Shown here one piece after another: positions 52,657-64,000 of a stretch of DNA of 64,000 nucleotides. The DNA is from Tubulanus polymorphus (taxonomy: Eukaryota; Animalia; Nemertea): the NCBI RefSeq assembly GCF_964204645.1, contig NC_134029.1, positions 12,984,850-13,048,849 of the forward strand. The letters are read 5' to 3'. The notes beneath the pieces were generated by a model, which saw only the letters and a list, made by a program, of their open reading frames with translations, did not search any database and was not told the origin of the DNA. The position numbers and the translations under genes are program-made. Within the stretch, counting starts at the first letter, position 1, and each line of letters starts with the position of its first letter.

Positions 52657-53898
52657 TTAATACATAACACTATGTAATTGAGAATTTGTAATATTTAATT
52701 GCGCGTCATATATAATATAAATGTGTATTTTATAATTGAGACCTCCTTTCTTCATTTTCATAAATAATTGAATATCATCTTTTGTGTTCTGTAGCTTTTT
52801 ACCAGAGCCATGTAATAAGTTATCATCGGTTGTTCTAAAATCTAACCATAATGCAAATTTATTGCCGGTTAATAATCTATTTGATTAATATTACAATTCT
52901 CCGATGCTCTTATTTTTTCATACATAAAATGTTTTTCATTTCTACCCATTGATCCAACATTCTCATTCCTTGACAAAATATTTTATTTGCTATACCTTCA
53001 ATAGTTATTTCTACGTTTGATATTTCAGGATTATAATATTTATCAACTTTAATTGCACCATTAGAATACATTGTGTAAAAGAATATTAATATTCCTTTAA
53101 TAGATCTTCTAGAAAAGTTGATATTTTCATTAATTATTTCACCAGCTGCGTTAATAATTACAGTTTTAAATTTATCTATATAATTATATAATAATGACTA
53201 ACCTTGATTGCATTGAGTTTGAATTGTGCTAGCAATATTTTCATCAGTAACTGTGTCATATTCTAAACATATATTCGATAATTTATAACCCATATCTTTA
53301 ACAACGCCAGATAGCTCAATTTCATTCACCAGTGCAAATTTTATTTCGAATATAATATCTTCTTGTATAGCATATTTATATAAAGGCGCATTATTATTTA
53401 TCAATTCAAAGTCTAATGGAATTTTCTATTTACTACCATAAATCTTTTTTATTAAATTGTCAACGTCATTAGTTACTACTGCGTTATTAGCTTCTGATCT
53501 TAATTTATTTTGATTTTTTGATTGAATGCCCTGGAAAATCATATTATTTTTATTTTCTTTAGTTAGCCATAACTCTTTATAATGCATAAATAAATTATAA
53601 TCATCTAATGAAAAAGCAGTTTCTGGTCCAATCTTTATAGTTAATTCTTTATGTAAATATCTTCCAACATTATCTACAACATAATTATTGTTATTGCCAG
53701 TTACTTTTATATGAGCTGATAAATAAATAATATTTGGAACATAAAAAGTATTTTGATTTAATCTAGGAAATCTAACATATAAAGTTTCATTAGGATTAAT
53801 TTAGAAGGATTATGAATAATGATATGGTGAGATCTTTCTGCTTTAATTGCATAAGTTATTCTCGAATTCTTAGAAGGATTTATATAAATCCCACTCAT
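52657..53898 (-). pseudogene. Polinton major capsid protein (double jelly-roll), decayed
   Basis: NPSKNSR..AIKAERS...NPS...LYVRFP.L...VP, YKELW, QGIQ..N.LRS, LEYDTV, KFALWLDFRTTDD.LLHGSG, DAQLNI. This is the capsid pattern of marine-invertebrate Polintons. Confidence 0.82.
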
Positions 53899-53919
53899 TT
53901 ATTTAAGAGAAAAAATTAA

Positions 53920-54440
53920 TTATTTATTTTCTATCATATTTACTTATCCAAAAATAATTGCATTAACAACTGTTATTAAAAATAATATTATATGTTCAGC
54001 AGCCAAACTAATAATATTTCCAGCAGACTTTAAAACAAAGCTTACAATTGATGCAATAACACCAGGTAGAGCTACACCAGATTTTTTAGATAGTTCCCAT
54101 AGATAGTTTGCTAATTTTTTTAACCCATCCTTAACTTATCCTTCTATAGAATTATGACTCGGTGGTTTATCCGGTTAATTAGGAGTAGGTGTAGATTTTA
54201 ATGAATTTGATATAGCTAAACCTATTGTTGTAAATATCATAGTTACAGCTGTTAGAATTGAAAGAATTGTGATACCTTCTAACTTAAATAATGATTTTAT
54301 TCTATCGTTCAATGATACTTTAGAATTTGGTTTTATTATTAAATCTTTAATGATAACTTTTAATCTATTAATACAATAATTATATGATTTTAATAATGAT
54401 ATAATTTCTTCTTTCTGTACTTCTAAATTATCTTTTTAAA
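53920..54440 (-). pseudogene. Polinton conserved membrane-associated protein
   Basis: SLNDRIKSLFKLEGITILSILTA...LKKLA..L.EL..K.GVALPGVIASIVSF.L..AG.II..AAEH; two hydrophobic segments. Confidence 0.6.
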
Positions 54441-54895
54441 TCATCAATTTCTTTTTCTAAACTTACATTTCTTTTTTAATAGATTTACCATAAATTTATT
54501 TTGTTCATTAGCGAACTTTATTCTTATTTTATTAAAACAATCAATTTTGATTAATTTTATTCCAAATTCAGCAGATCCACCCATTTTCAACCGAACTCTT
54601 CTAATAATTTCTTGCGTTAATGATTCTAAATTATATAATCCTGGTTTAAAAAATAGATGAAACCATTTATTTTTATTTCTATGATAAATTTGCAAAACCT
54701 CTATGATCAATAGTTTTATCCGATATATTATAAGAAGAATTACATAAAGTTATATTAACTAATTTTAAATCAACACAATTCTTAAATTTTCTATCTAATT
54801 GTACTAGTAAATTATGTGATTTAGAATTTGTAAGCTTTCTAAATCAACATATATTCTATATTCTTTTAATTCAACCATTTATTTTACAAAATGTT

Positions 54896-55249
54896 TTATT
54901 CGGAATCTATATCATGGTGCCCTTTTTCATTCTTACCTTTATATATAAAATAGAAATCACCGGAACATAATTCTTCTATATCTTCACTAGATAATCTATG
55001 AAATCTATCTGGTAGATATGTTCTGAATTTATATTTATTACCTTTCAATCCTTGATATTCGAAATGAATTAATAATTTATCACCATATTTTTTAGTAGTT
55101 GATTCAATATCAGTAATTATATATTTCTCATGAATCGTTAATTCTGTCAACTTCTTAAATTTATAATCTACAGATTTGGCATTGGTAGTAACTTTAATTC
55201 TATCTAAGAATGATTTATTGTTCTCACTATGTACTTGTTTATTCTCCAT
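54896..55249 (-). CDS. Intact 117-aa Polinton small protein (possible OB-fold/SSB-like)
   Basis: FKKLTEL...KYII...TTKKYG..L....YLPDRF....DIEEL....F.YKG; co-oriented with the capsid cluster. Confidence 0.6.
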   Translation of the reverse strand: MENKQVHSENNKSFLDRIKVTTNAKSVDYKFKKLTELTIHEKYIITDIESTTKKYGDKLLIHFEYQGLKGNKYKFRTYLPDRFHRLSSEDIEELCSGDFYFIYKGKNEKGHHDIDSE

Positions 55250-56069
55250 TTACTAAACAATTTTTTATTAAAATTGACTTCATTAATATGATATTCATTT
55301 ATATAACTTTCCGGCTACTAGAGGGTCCTATGCCATCGGTATTAGATATCCTCTAGGAAATATATCGGAAAATAGCTCAATTTCCGAAATGATGAATGAC
55401 ACATTTACAGGTTTTAACAATCTTTTGTTTAAACTGCAAACCCAACAGGACAGCAGGGGCCTGGACCCCGAGACAACCCCTTAAATCCACCCATGTCTAA
55501 TCAATAACGGTTTTAGTAGAAATGAATTGCGTTTTTTAAGTAGTTTCTTCTGGTACGGAACAATTTTACCTCGTGCAGAATATCTAACGAAAAATATTCA
55601 ATTGTGTAAAGTTTTATGGTTTGTTTCAGATCAGCAATAACTAGGGCGATATGTGGCATATATTGTATGATTGCTTGCGTGTTCGGAGTCGTGTTCCCAA
55701 TAAGCGATGCTATCACTGGCACCGATACTGTGCATTATTACTACACGGAGGTAATTGACAAACTATCTGATACTTGTAAGTAAGAAAATTGGCAAGATTT
55801 GGCTACATATTCTCACATATTTCAGATATTTCATTTGTATATGTTCAGTGTGGCAATAGCAGCACTAGGATTTATCTTTATCGATTTGTTACGCAAAATT
55901 GGTACTGATGAGTCTGTTTTTGATGCTGATTGTGTCGAGATGGTTCGTTCTGTTTCAAGTAAGTCATTAACCAAGTATAACACGTGCTTTATTTGGAATG
56001 AAACGAATATCAACCTTTTTCCGATCAATTAGCTTAATAAATATATGAAACGAATTCAGTTCATTCTGA

Positions 56070-57620
56070 TCGGTTCCTGAGTTTCGCTGAAAAAGCTGAA
56101 ACACTGAAACGCTGAAAATAACACTGACATTTCAGGGAACTCCCGATAAACGCAGAAATTTCAGGGAATTCCCGAAAAACGCTAAAATCGTGCTAGGAAC
56201 ACGTTTTAGCTCTCGAGGAACGAGATGTATGGTAGTGTGGCGCGCTTTTATTAATTTAACTGCAGACGTATTGCGTAGCAACAATCGGCGTCTGGAGATT
56301 CCTCATTAACGGGGTTCCGTATGCTTCGCAACAACTAATCAGAGCAACTCGCACCTGCTACAGAGTTCCGTCGATAGATTGTTTAGTAACACATTTAGTA
56401 ACACAGTGGATTGACCCGATACCACAGCGGGTGACCCGCTGGTCAGACGTGCAGTAGTTCGCATGTTACAAACCGGTATCTCCACTCACATATTAACATT
56501 CCTTGTTAAAATGTATTACGTGTCGGTATCGTGTCGTGTATTTTTACCGCGATCCAAAGCACATATGCATGTATTCAAATATTTCAAAAAAACGTTTCAT
56601 GTCTTTTATCAAATTAACAGTGATATATTCCTATCTCTGTTATTTTGTTCAGCACGTCAACTTATCAGAATAAGATTGAGTTCTAAACAGATAAAATCAA
56701 GATCTTTAGTGATGTGACCAAAATGCTTCATGTTCAATCAATAAAAATTTATTGAGTACACGTGGTTTAGTTCAGTTTCAAAGCTGGATCACATCAAAAA
56801 CATGGTATAAGTAGATATATACACATACGTGCCATATGCCAACGGGAACGATAATAGTTCATGCAACTCCCAATGGAACTATCAAAGCACCGAACAAGGT
56901 ACATTAGTACATGTAAGTATTATTTTGGTTAAATCTTCGTACGCTTCCCAATGCGACGATTAAACCAGCAAGGCAGAAACCCGTTGTCGCTGCTATGCAG
57001 CCGTATTTATTTTTTCCCTTTTCCACACAGTTTTTGTTAAAAGTGTAAAGGCTTCCTTACCTTACCGCTGTTGCCAATACAAACCGTATGATATCCTTCA
57101 GCTCACTTCAATCTCCAGATACTGCATGGGAGTTTTGATAAATCAACGTTATAAAGGCAATGTCGAGCCGTAAATATCGGAAATTTGGCCCCGTTTAATT
57201 AGTAGCCATGTTGTGTTTTCTTTCCGATATTTCTCTCTTCTTTTTGAGGAAGAGCTATTGAATTATTCCCTCTCTTCTCCACAATCAATTTCAAAGTCAA
57301 TTTTTGAATTTTTGTTCAGCGGGTCCGAATCCAAGAGTTTACAAGTCCGGCGTTCGCGTGTCCGACAGGTTTACGGGCGTTTGTTTATTAAGCTAACCGC
57401 TTTAATATTTTGATTTCTTGTTATTCCCGTTATTTTATATAAGTATATTGCTGATCTGTTTATGTTACCGAAAGTGTCAATAAATAGATTTTTAATTGAT
57501 CAAGTTTTAATCAAGGTCGTTGTGTCGCGGTTCCTGAACTTCGCTGAAAAAGCTGAAACACTGAAACGCTGAAATAATTACGCTGAAATTTAAGGGAATT
57601 TCCGAAAAACGCTGACATCG
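56070..57620. repeat. Dispersed direct repeat pair (56070-56190 and 57528-57618) with gctgaaa sub-repeats
   Basis: cggttcctga..ttcgctgaaaaagctgaaacactgaaacgctgaaa occurs twice; probably transposon ends. Confidence 0.7.
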
Positions 57621-60600
57621 GTACCGACAATACACTTTTGAAATATTTTCCGGGCCGGTGTCCGCTGCCGAGTCCTGAACCGTGGTTTAGTCTCTACCTC
57701 CGGTTACAGAGACAGGGCCACTTTTTGGACAAATTTATTCGCTTGAAATCTGGATTTTTAATGCATACAGGCAGCATAATGAGGAAAACCCATTCACGAA
57801 CCGTGCAAGCCAACTTAAACACTATGCTCAATATTCCAAGAATATGGTTTACTTCTGCAAGACGCAAAAAATCTCATTTTAACGTTTCAAATGTATAAAA
57901 CATGATTATGAGCAACTTTTCTTTCGTCAACACGTTGATGGGCGACGGACTATGGTATTCTCTGAAGGAGGTAAATTAAATTCGACAGCTAGTTATATAA
58001 ATGATGCAGCTTTTGGACAAAGGGGATCTAACTAAATTTCTTATTAAATTCACCGTGGAATGGAATGGAATGGATTGACGCTAATGGCATGCAGTAGGCC
58101 CCTACGTATGGGTCAGTAATGACAAGAAGTGAAAGGCTGAATCCAAGAACATGTCTATCCCTCTTTTGAGCTCAAACGTCTACTTTTACTTAGTCGCCAC
58201 TTGAGAACAATAAGCAATTAATGATATCAGCTACTTTTTCAGTAGTATACGTTTTAGAATAGTCACTTTCAAATAGTACACTCTCTTAAACGGTTGGTTT
58301 TCGAAAGTCTCTGGTTGTAAAACATGTGGTTTTTAGGGTCTACGATTTGTATCGTATACTTTTAAATAGTACACATTCTGAAACGGTTGGTTTTCGAAAG
58401 TCTCTGGTTGTAAAGCATATGGTATTAAGAGTGTACGATTGGTACCATATACTTTAAAATAGTATACTTTCTGAACGGCAAGGTTTTGAGAGTGTACATT
58501 ATAGAAAAGCTGGACTATGAGAACCATACATTTAAAAATGGAGAGTAACTATTAGTCACCTTTATCAAAACGGTTACTTATAAGAGTGACCATTATTAGT
58601 GTCTACTCTTTAATAGTAACCGATTTCTAAGAGGGTGGTTTTCAAATGTATATGTTTTGAATCTATATATTGCAGAGTGAATAAACCAGACATCTAAACA
58701 GAAACTCTGATCTATTTTTGACACTAAAGGGTTATCGCACCCCGATCTTACAGTAGTTCAAGCGTGTTTTTGCACTTCTTTAATATTTTTTATGTGTTCC
58801 AACGTAATGCTAAACAAAACATTAATGAAGTTGATAGACTTGACAATTGCAAAATTAATCCCTTAATCTAAAATCCATCAATTATTTTCATCTTTGATTG
58901 AAATTGAAACATCCACAGCGACTTCATGCAGAAGATAAACCAAGGCAATATCAGCCAAAGTCCATTAATATACATTAATGTGTGTTGGTAACAGCCAAAT
59001 GTTAATTCCAAATTGGTAAAACAGCTACGTCATTGCCACAACAAAATTTGATATTTTTTTAGCTGTTCAACAGTAATTTTGATCTTTCTTCAGAAAATAT
59101 TCAGTCCGGAATATTCGAAGGAAATTTTCGTGGTGTCGGACATCCCCTGGATCCGCCACAGTAAATCGTCCATGGCTAAATCACTGAATTATCATCCAGT
59201 CTAAAATGTTTAAAATAAGCTTATACCCCCTGCATTGTTAGTTGGTTTTGAACAAGTTTGTTTGTGTTCTCAATTAGTGTCCACTCAGGAATCTACCTGT
59301 TTATCTGAAACAGTATGGCAACAGGCACGCGTGTGTATGTATGTAGTGTGTGTGTGCATGACTTCTGATCTTGCTCATCCTTCAATAGTTTGTACTACGA
59401 AACTCAAAACAACACACGGGATGGGAAGATACAAGAATTCAAAGAAAGTTAGATTTCAAGCTACTGATGAAAAAATGCTCATCTAAGTCAAGGCCGACGT
59501 CCAGCATAAAAGGGCAATCATCTGTCAGACATGGCAGTATCTCTGAACACATGGTGCAGTCAAGAGCTCCAACGGTTAAAACTGTTATTTCCCTATTATC
59601 TATATCAGTTATCCGATTTGGACCCTCCTTTTTGTCAAGGATATGTGTGAACATGTAACATATTCATTACTATAGTTTAAATTTCGGTTAAGCCCTCCTT
59701 CATGCATAAGTTAGTAATGTACGTAGCGCATTCTTCATATTTATCAAATCTTTGAATGACAAGCTGGGAGGAGTTATCCAGTGAAACAGCACTTCACACA
59801 CGGCACAGTACAGTAACAGGATGCCTACAGTCATAAAACTACATGTATATAAACAAAACAGTTGCAGCCTTCAAGTAAATAATTTTGAGGGTTAAAAAAC
59901 TTTTTTACTAGTAATTGTAACACAATTTCAGTATCATCTAAGCTCACTATACAGTAATATTGTGTCAAAATTTTATCAAAATAGAACAAAAATTGGATGA
60001 ATTGAAAATACAGATTTTTTTGTTAAATCCTTTATTACTGAGGCCATTTTAATCAAAAAACACCTACAGAATCAGCATATTGTAATTAAGAAGAATGCTA
60101 TGTTTAAAATGTCATTAAAGAAATATGAAAAAAGTTTTCTTAATTCGTCATCTGTGATACTGTGTAAAGCTAGTGTCAGCCAGATGTGTTCCTGTAAACA
60201 TTATAAACAACCAAATGCGAGTTGATGGAGGGATGTGGCCTACACTGAAAATCTCAAGTGCTATACCACCGGTTTTTAGGTGCCTCGGAGTCAAAGCTGC
60301 CGCAACTACTATGCCGCGGCAAATAGTGTAGTACTTAGTGTAATATATCCAACCTGATCATTCGGACCATTATAATACTGTGATTTAGGCATCGCTACTG
60401 ATCAAACCAGTGCAAATACATCGAATCCTTGTTTTTTGCTTGGAGAAAATCGGTGCAAGATATATAAGTTGGGTAACCCACTAAACGGTAACAGGTGAAA
60501 ATCCCCCTATAACAGTATATCCAAAAATAACAGTACGAATGGTAGAATAACCACACTCAATCGTGGAGAACAGATAATAAAATAAAATAAAAAATAATAA

Positions 60601-60735
60601 AATAAAAACCCACTAAATGCAGATTTAAAAGTTATAAAACCAAGAAATTATTCTAGTCCAGGAGTTCGAAACGTCGTGTCATTTCAATTTTTGATTGATA
60701 AATTTGTTTTACAACTTTAAATATTTTAGTCTGTA

Positions 60736-61005
60736 CCCAAGTAGCGCTGTGATGTCAGAATGACATCATAATTACGTCATACCTTGATGTCAGGATGGCA
60801 TCATATCATGATGTCAAATTGATATCAGAGTTGCTCATAGGAATGATGTCATATTAATGTCATATCATGATGTTATTCTGACGTCTTTCTGATCCAAAAT
60901 GATGTCAATATGACATTGATTTTGATGATCAGAAATACGTCATTTTGATGTCCCTTTTTAAATCATTTAATTGATGAAAATATGACATCATTCCGACGTT
61001 CCATT
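60736..61005. mobile_element. Terminus of an EnSpm/CACTA (CMC)-like DNA transposon
   Basis: Starts CCCAAGTAGC and is followed by many direct and inverted tgatgtca/tgacatca sub-repeats; lies downstream of the DUF4806-like gene. Confidence 0.6.
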
Positions 61006-62044
61006 TGCAACCATTGATTTATTGATTCCACTTATCCAAACAAAATCCTTAAAAGGTGTGAATCCTCAGTAATTGAGCCCACTCATTAAAAACTACTGAA
61101 AAGAATCTTATGGTGAATTAAGGTGAATCGTAGGCTTAATAGCACATTTTATTTTTTTCTACAAAAAATTAAGGCGATGGAATAAGAAATAATCCCGTCA
61201 TCAAAAAGTGAACATATTCGTGTACATGGATTCTACAGTTATAGAATTATTGCTGATTTTTCGATACTTAGCCATTTACATTTCGATACAGCTTACAGCT
61301 TTACAGTTACAGTTATTTTAAAATGAATATCTGTTTAGATTATACATACGTTACAAGGTTAAAAATTGTTGTACTAACCTCTACTCTTTTCAAAGTATCT
61401 AAAAAAATAACAAATTTTTTATTCACTTAAATCTAAACCCTGCTCTCTTGTAAGCTACGTCTTCAATTTCATAAACTGTACATAAATATATTGACTCAGT
61501 TTATACATAATATTTTATTCACAACATTATTTTTTAAAGACTTTACTACATATTTGCTCCTTCATCAGTCAAATTATGCGAGAAATTCCACATTCCGAAC
61601 AAAAATTGATTAGTCCTATTATCAGAATTACTTTGGTATATTAATCAAACTCCCAAGTTACTTATGCCCAAAAAGGAGATGACATTTATGGATTTCAATT
61701 CTACTGTTAACTCCACGTATCTTGAATCAAAGAACTCGGAAAACCGAATTAGTCGGACTAATTTACAATACTTTCAGAAGCAATACATGTACAAATATTA
61801 ATTCAACATTTATGGTTACTTGGCATTCGTCTGACAAAAAAATGGCGGTCCTGAAAGATTTGATTTAAAGCGTAGTCTACTAACCTGACGTTAATTAGAT
61901 ATGAAAATGACAAATGTTCTACGGGTTAAATCGAAGAAACATCCTCATTGGTCCGATCAAATGATCATTATAACTGGTTGAAATTCATAGAATACAACTG
62001 TAGATAAAAGAAAACGTTTCAACTACATACACATCGAGAATACT

Positions 62045-62415
62045 AGCTTAGTTTTCAAGAAAACGTCAACATTTAAAACAGATCCTGAAACCTCAAGCAG
62101 AATTAAACCAAAAAGTAGTCTCTTTTGAAATTTGCTAGCTAGTTTTCAAGAAAACGTCGACATTCAAAACGGATTTTGAAACGGATTTAAGCAGAATTAA
62201 ACAAAAATGTAGTCTCTTTTGAAATTTGCTAGCTAGTTTTCAAGAAAACGTCGACATTCAAAACAGATTTTGAAACGGATTTAAGCAGAATTAAACAAAA
62301 ATGTAGTCTCTTTTGAAATTTGCTAGCTAGTTTTCAAGCGAAACGTCAACATTTAAAACAGATCTTGTAACAGTTTTAAATAGAATTAAACAAAAATGTA
62401 GTCTCTTTTGAAATT
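62045..62415. repeat. ~94-bp minisatellite, 4 copies
   Basis: gttttcaag at 62051, 62142, 62236, 62330. Confidence 0.9.
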
Positions 62416-62805
62416 GTTGTTAGAGAGTTTAAAAAATCATAAACTCATAAAGGCAAAACACCACATAAGATTTCATTTTTAAATAAGTATATAGGTTGAT
62501 TAATAACAGATGTTTTCTGGAACATTTTTTCCCTTGTCAGATTAGAATGCGGCTGAATTCATACTAATACATGTATTCAGATTATGTACATGACTATTGA
62601 TTACCTCAAGTTGAGTTTATTTATAAAATTACCGAATAGAATTTGATTTAAACACTGAGTTAGAATTATCTAAAGACGTTAAGCATGAACTATGAGCCGT
62701 GTTAATGTTCCAGAAATGTTTCGTGATGAATAAATTTATGAAATTTAATCATTTGAAAATGAGCTCTTTCGTGGTGTTTTCTCTCTTATATGTAACATAC
62801 TAAAT

Positions 62806-64000
62806 CTAATTATTGATGTCGATCTCCTGCAGTGCGTTGTTTCTTTTGGCGCTCGCCTTTACGCGGTCTGGGGCGTATCTCAGCCAGTCCTTCATTGTGC
62901 GCTCGATATCGATCCTGGTGTGCTGGTTTCCACCGCGCTGTACTGTATCTGAATCGAAAGAAATTTTGTTCATACATCTGTTCAATAAAATATATGAATA
63001 AAAGAATCGGGAAAAACAGAACTACATACCTATAATGACCTTGGAAAGCCTTGTCGAGTTAAAGGCTGTTTTCGGAGCTTTCCCCAGCCAGTTGAATTCT
63101 GCTGCTAGTTTGTTGGAAAGCAGGGTCTTCATAATTGACTTTGTGGAATCTTTAGTCGTTTGCGCAGAATACAAACTAAGGTACCCTATCTAGAACATAA
63201 AAAGATTGGTTTACACATAGGTTTATTTCTTCATTTCTAAGCAGCTCCAACGTTAATACAGAACCTTGAATTTTATGATAATAATCACTTACCAGCCCTT
63301 CTCTGATAACCTGGTCGCCAAGTCTCCCCTCAAGCCTATCGAATTGCGTTTTCTCATCAAGAGGTAGATCTATGTCGTCCGGTAATTTGGCTACTTCCGT
63401 TCGGTCCTGTTTTGTCAGCCTAGCGAGTGCCTTACTTTGGCGCTTTTGTTCTGATTTTACTTCGACCAAAAGCTCCAAAATTTTATCAAGTTTCCTTTCT
63501 AAAATATAGAAATAAGTATTTGTAAAAATGTAATGGATTTGATCGGAGTTCGATCAGTCAAATGAGAAATTATCTGCATACTTACCAACTGATACAGAAC
63601 TTGTACTGGTATCAACGACAGTTCCACAAAGATTTAATGAAGTAGGGGGTGATGGAAGGCGTGGTAAAGAGGGGCGATTTCTAGGTGTTGAGGTTGATGG
63701 CTCAACACGCGGTGAATCAACTCTAGGTGACACGACTGGGGATTCATCACCGGCACTGGATTCTGAGTCCGAAAAAACTCTAGGATTAGGTCTGAAATGA
63801 ATATTAAGTAAATTACCCTCTATAATGAGAAAAATAATATGTGAACTATCATATAAATGTTAGATTAGTAGAATTTGATTCACATCATTTTGAAAAATTG
63901 AAAATACCTTCTGCTGCGCTTTTTTGGGGGAGCATCAATGTCTGTGCTGTAGACATCCGATTGATTTTCGGCTTTTAGCACCATTTTCCTGGCCTTTCCA
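62806..64000 (-). CDS. Spliced DUF4806-like accessory gene of EnSpm-type transposons (5' part outside the window)
   Basis: Exons >64000-63908, 63791-63586, 63498-63293, 63189-63030, 62948-62806, all GT-AG with matching phases. Protein includes ARK...AE.QSD, LPLDE...LE.RL, IMKTLLSNKLA..FNW.G...K.AF, MKDWLRYAPDR. Confidence 0.8.

Noticed and set aside
27533-57009. Inverted pair aaatatagctgctgagcagcgatgacgggttttctgc (27533) and its complement (~56973-57009) as Polinton TIRs
   Set aside because: Short, diverged, and shaped like the hairpin head of a HINE-type repeat rather than a long AG-starting Polinton TIR; probably two independent copies.

Overview
AT-rich eukaryotic DNA, probably from an invertebrate animal (spliced genes, metazoan transposon families), made almost entirely of nested mobile elements. 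Left to right: (1) an old ~5 kb tandem duplication (1-10000); (2) a three-exon tandem OB-fold gene resembling RPA/HIN-200 (11076-13232); (3) palindromic MITEs and minisatellites; (4) an unusual Penelope-like retroelement on the minus strand (21785-27436). It has a separate ORF1, a Neptune-like RT with no GIY-YIG endonuclease and no canonical hammerhead, a duplicated two-hairpin motif at its 3' end, and it abuts a perfect (GAC)87 tract; (5) a decayed Polinton/Maverick endogenous virus over ~27.7-55.3 kb (pPolB, giant-virus-type HNH nuclease, integrase with chromodomain, packaging ATPase, major capsid, membrane protein), broken up by a BEL/Pao LTR element, a solo LTR, an intact Penelope with hammerheads and TSD, an L2 fragment, a HINE and a tRNA-SINE; (6) the end of an EnSpm/CACTA-like transposon with an intact spliced DUF4806-like gene. 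All family calls come from motif recognition by eye; no database searches were run.
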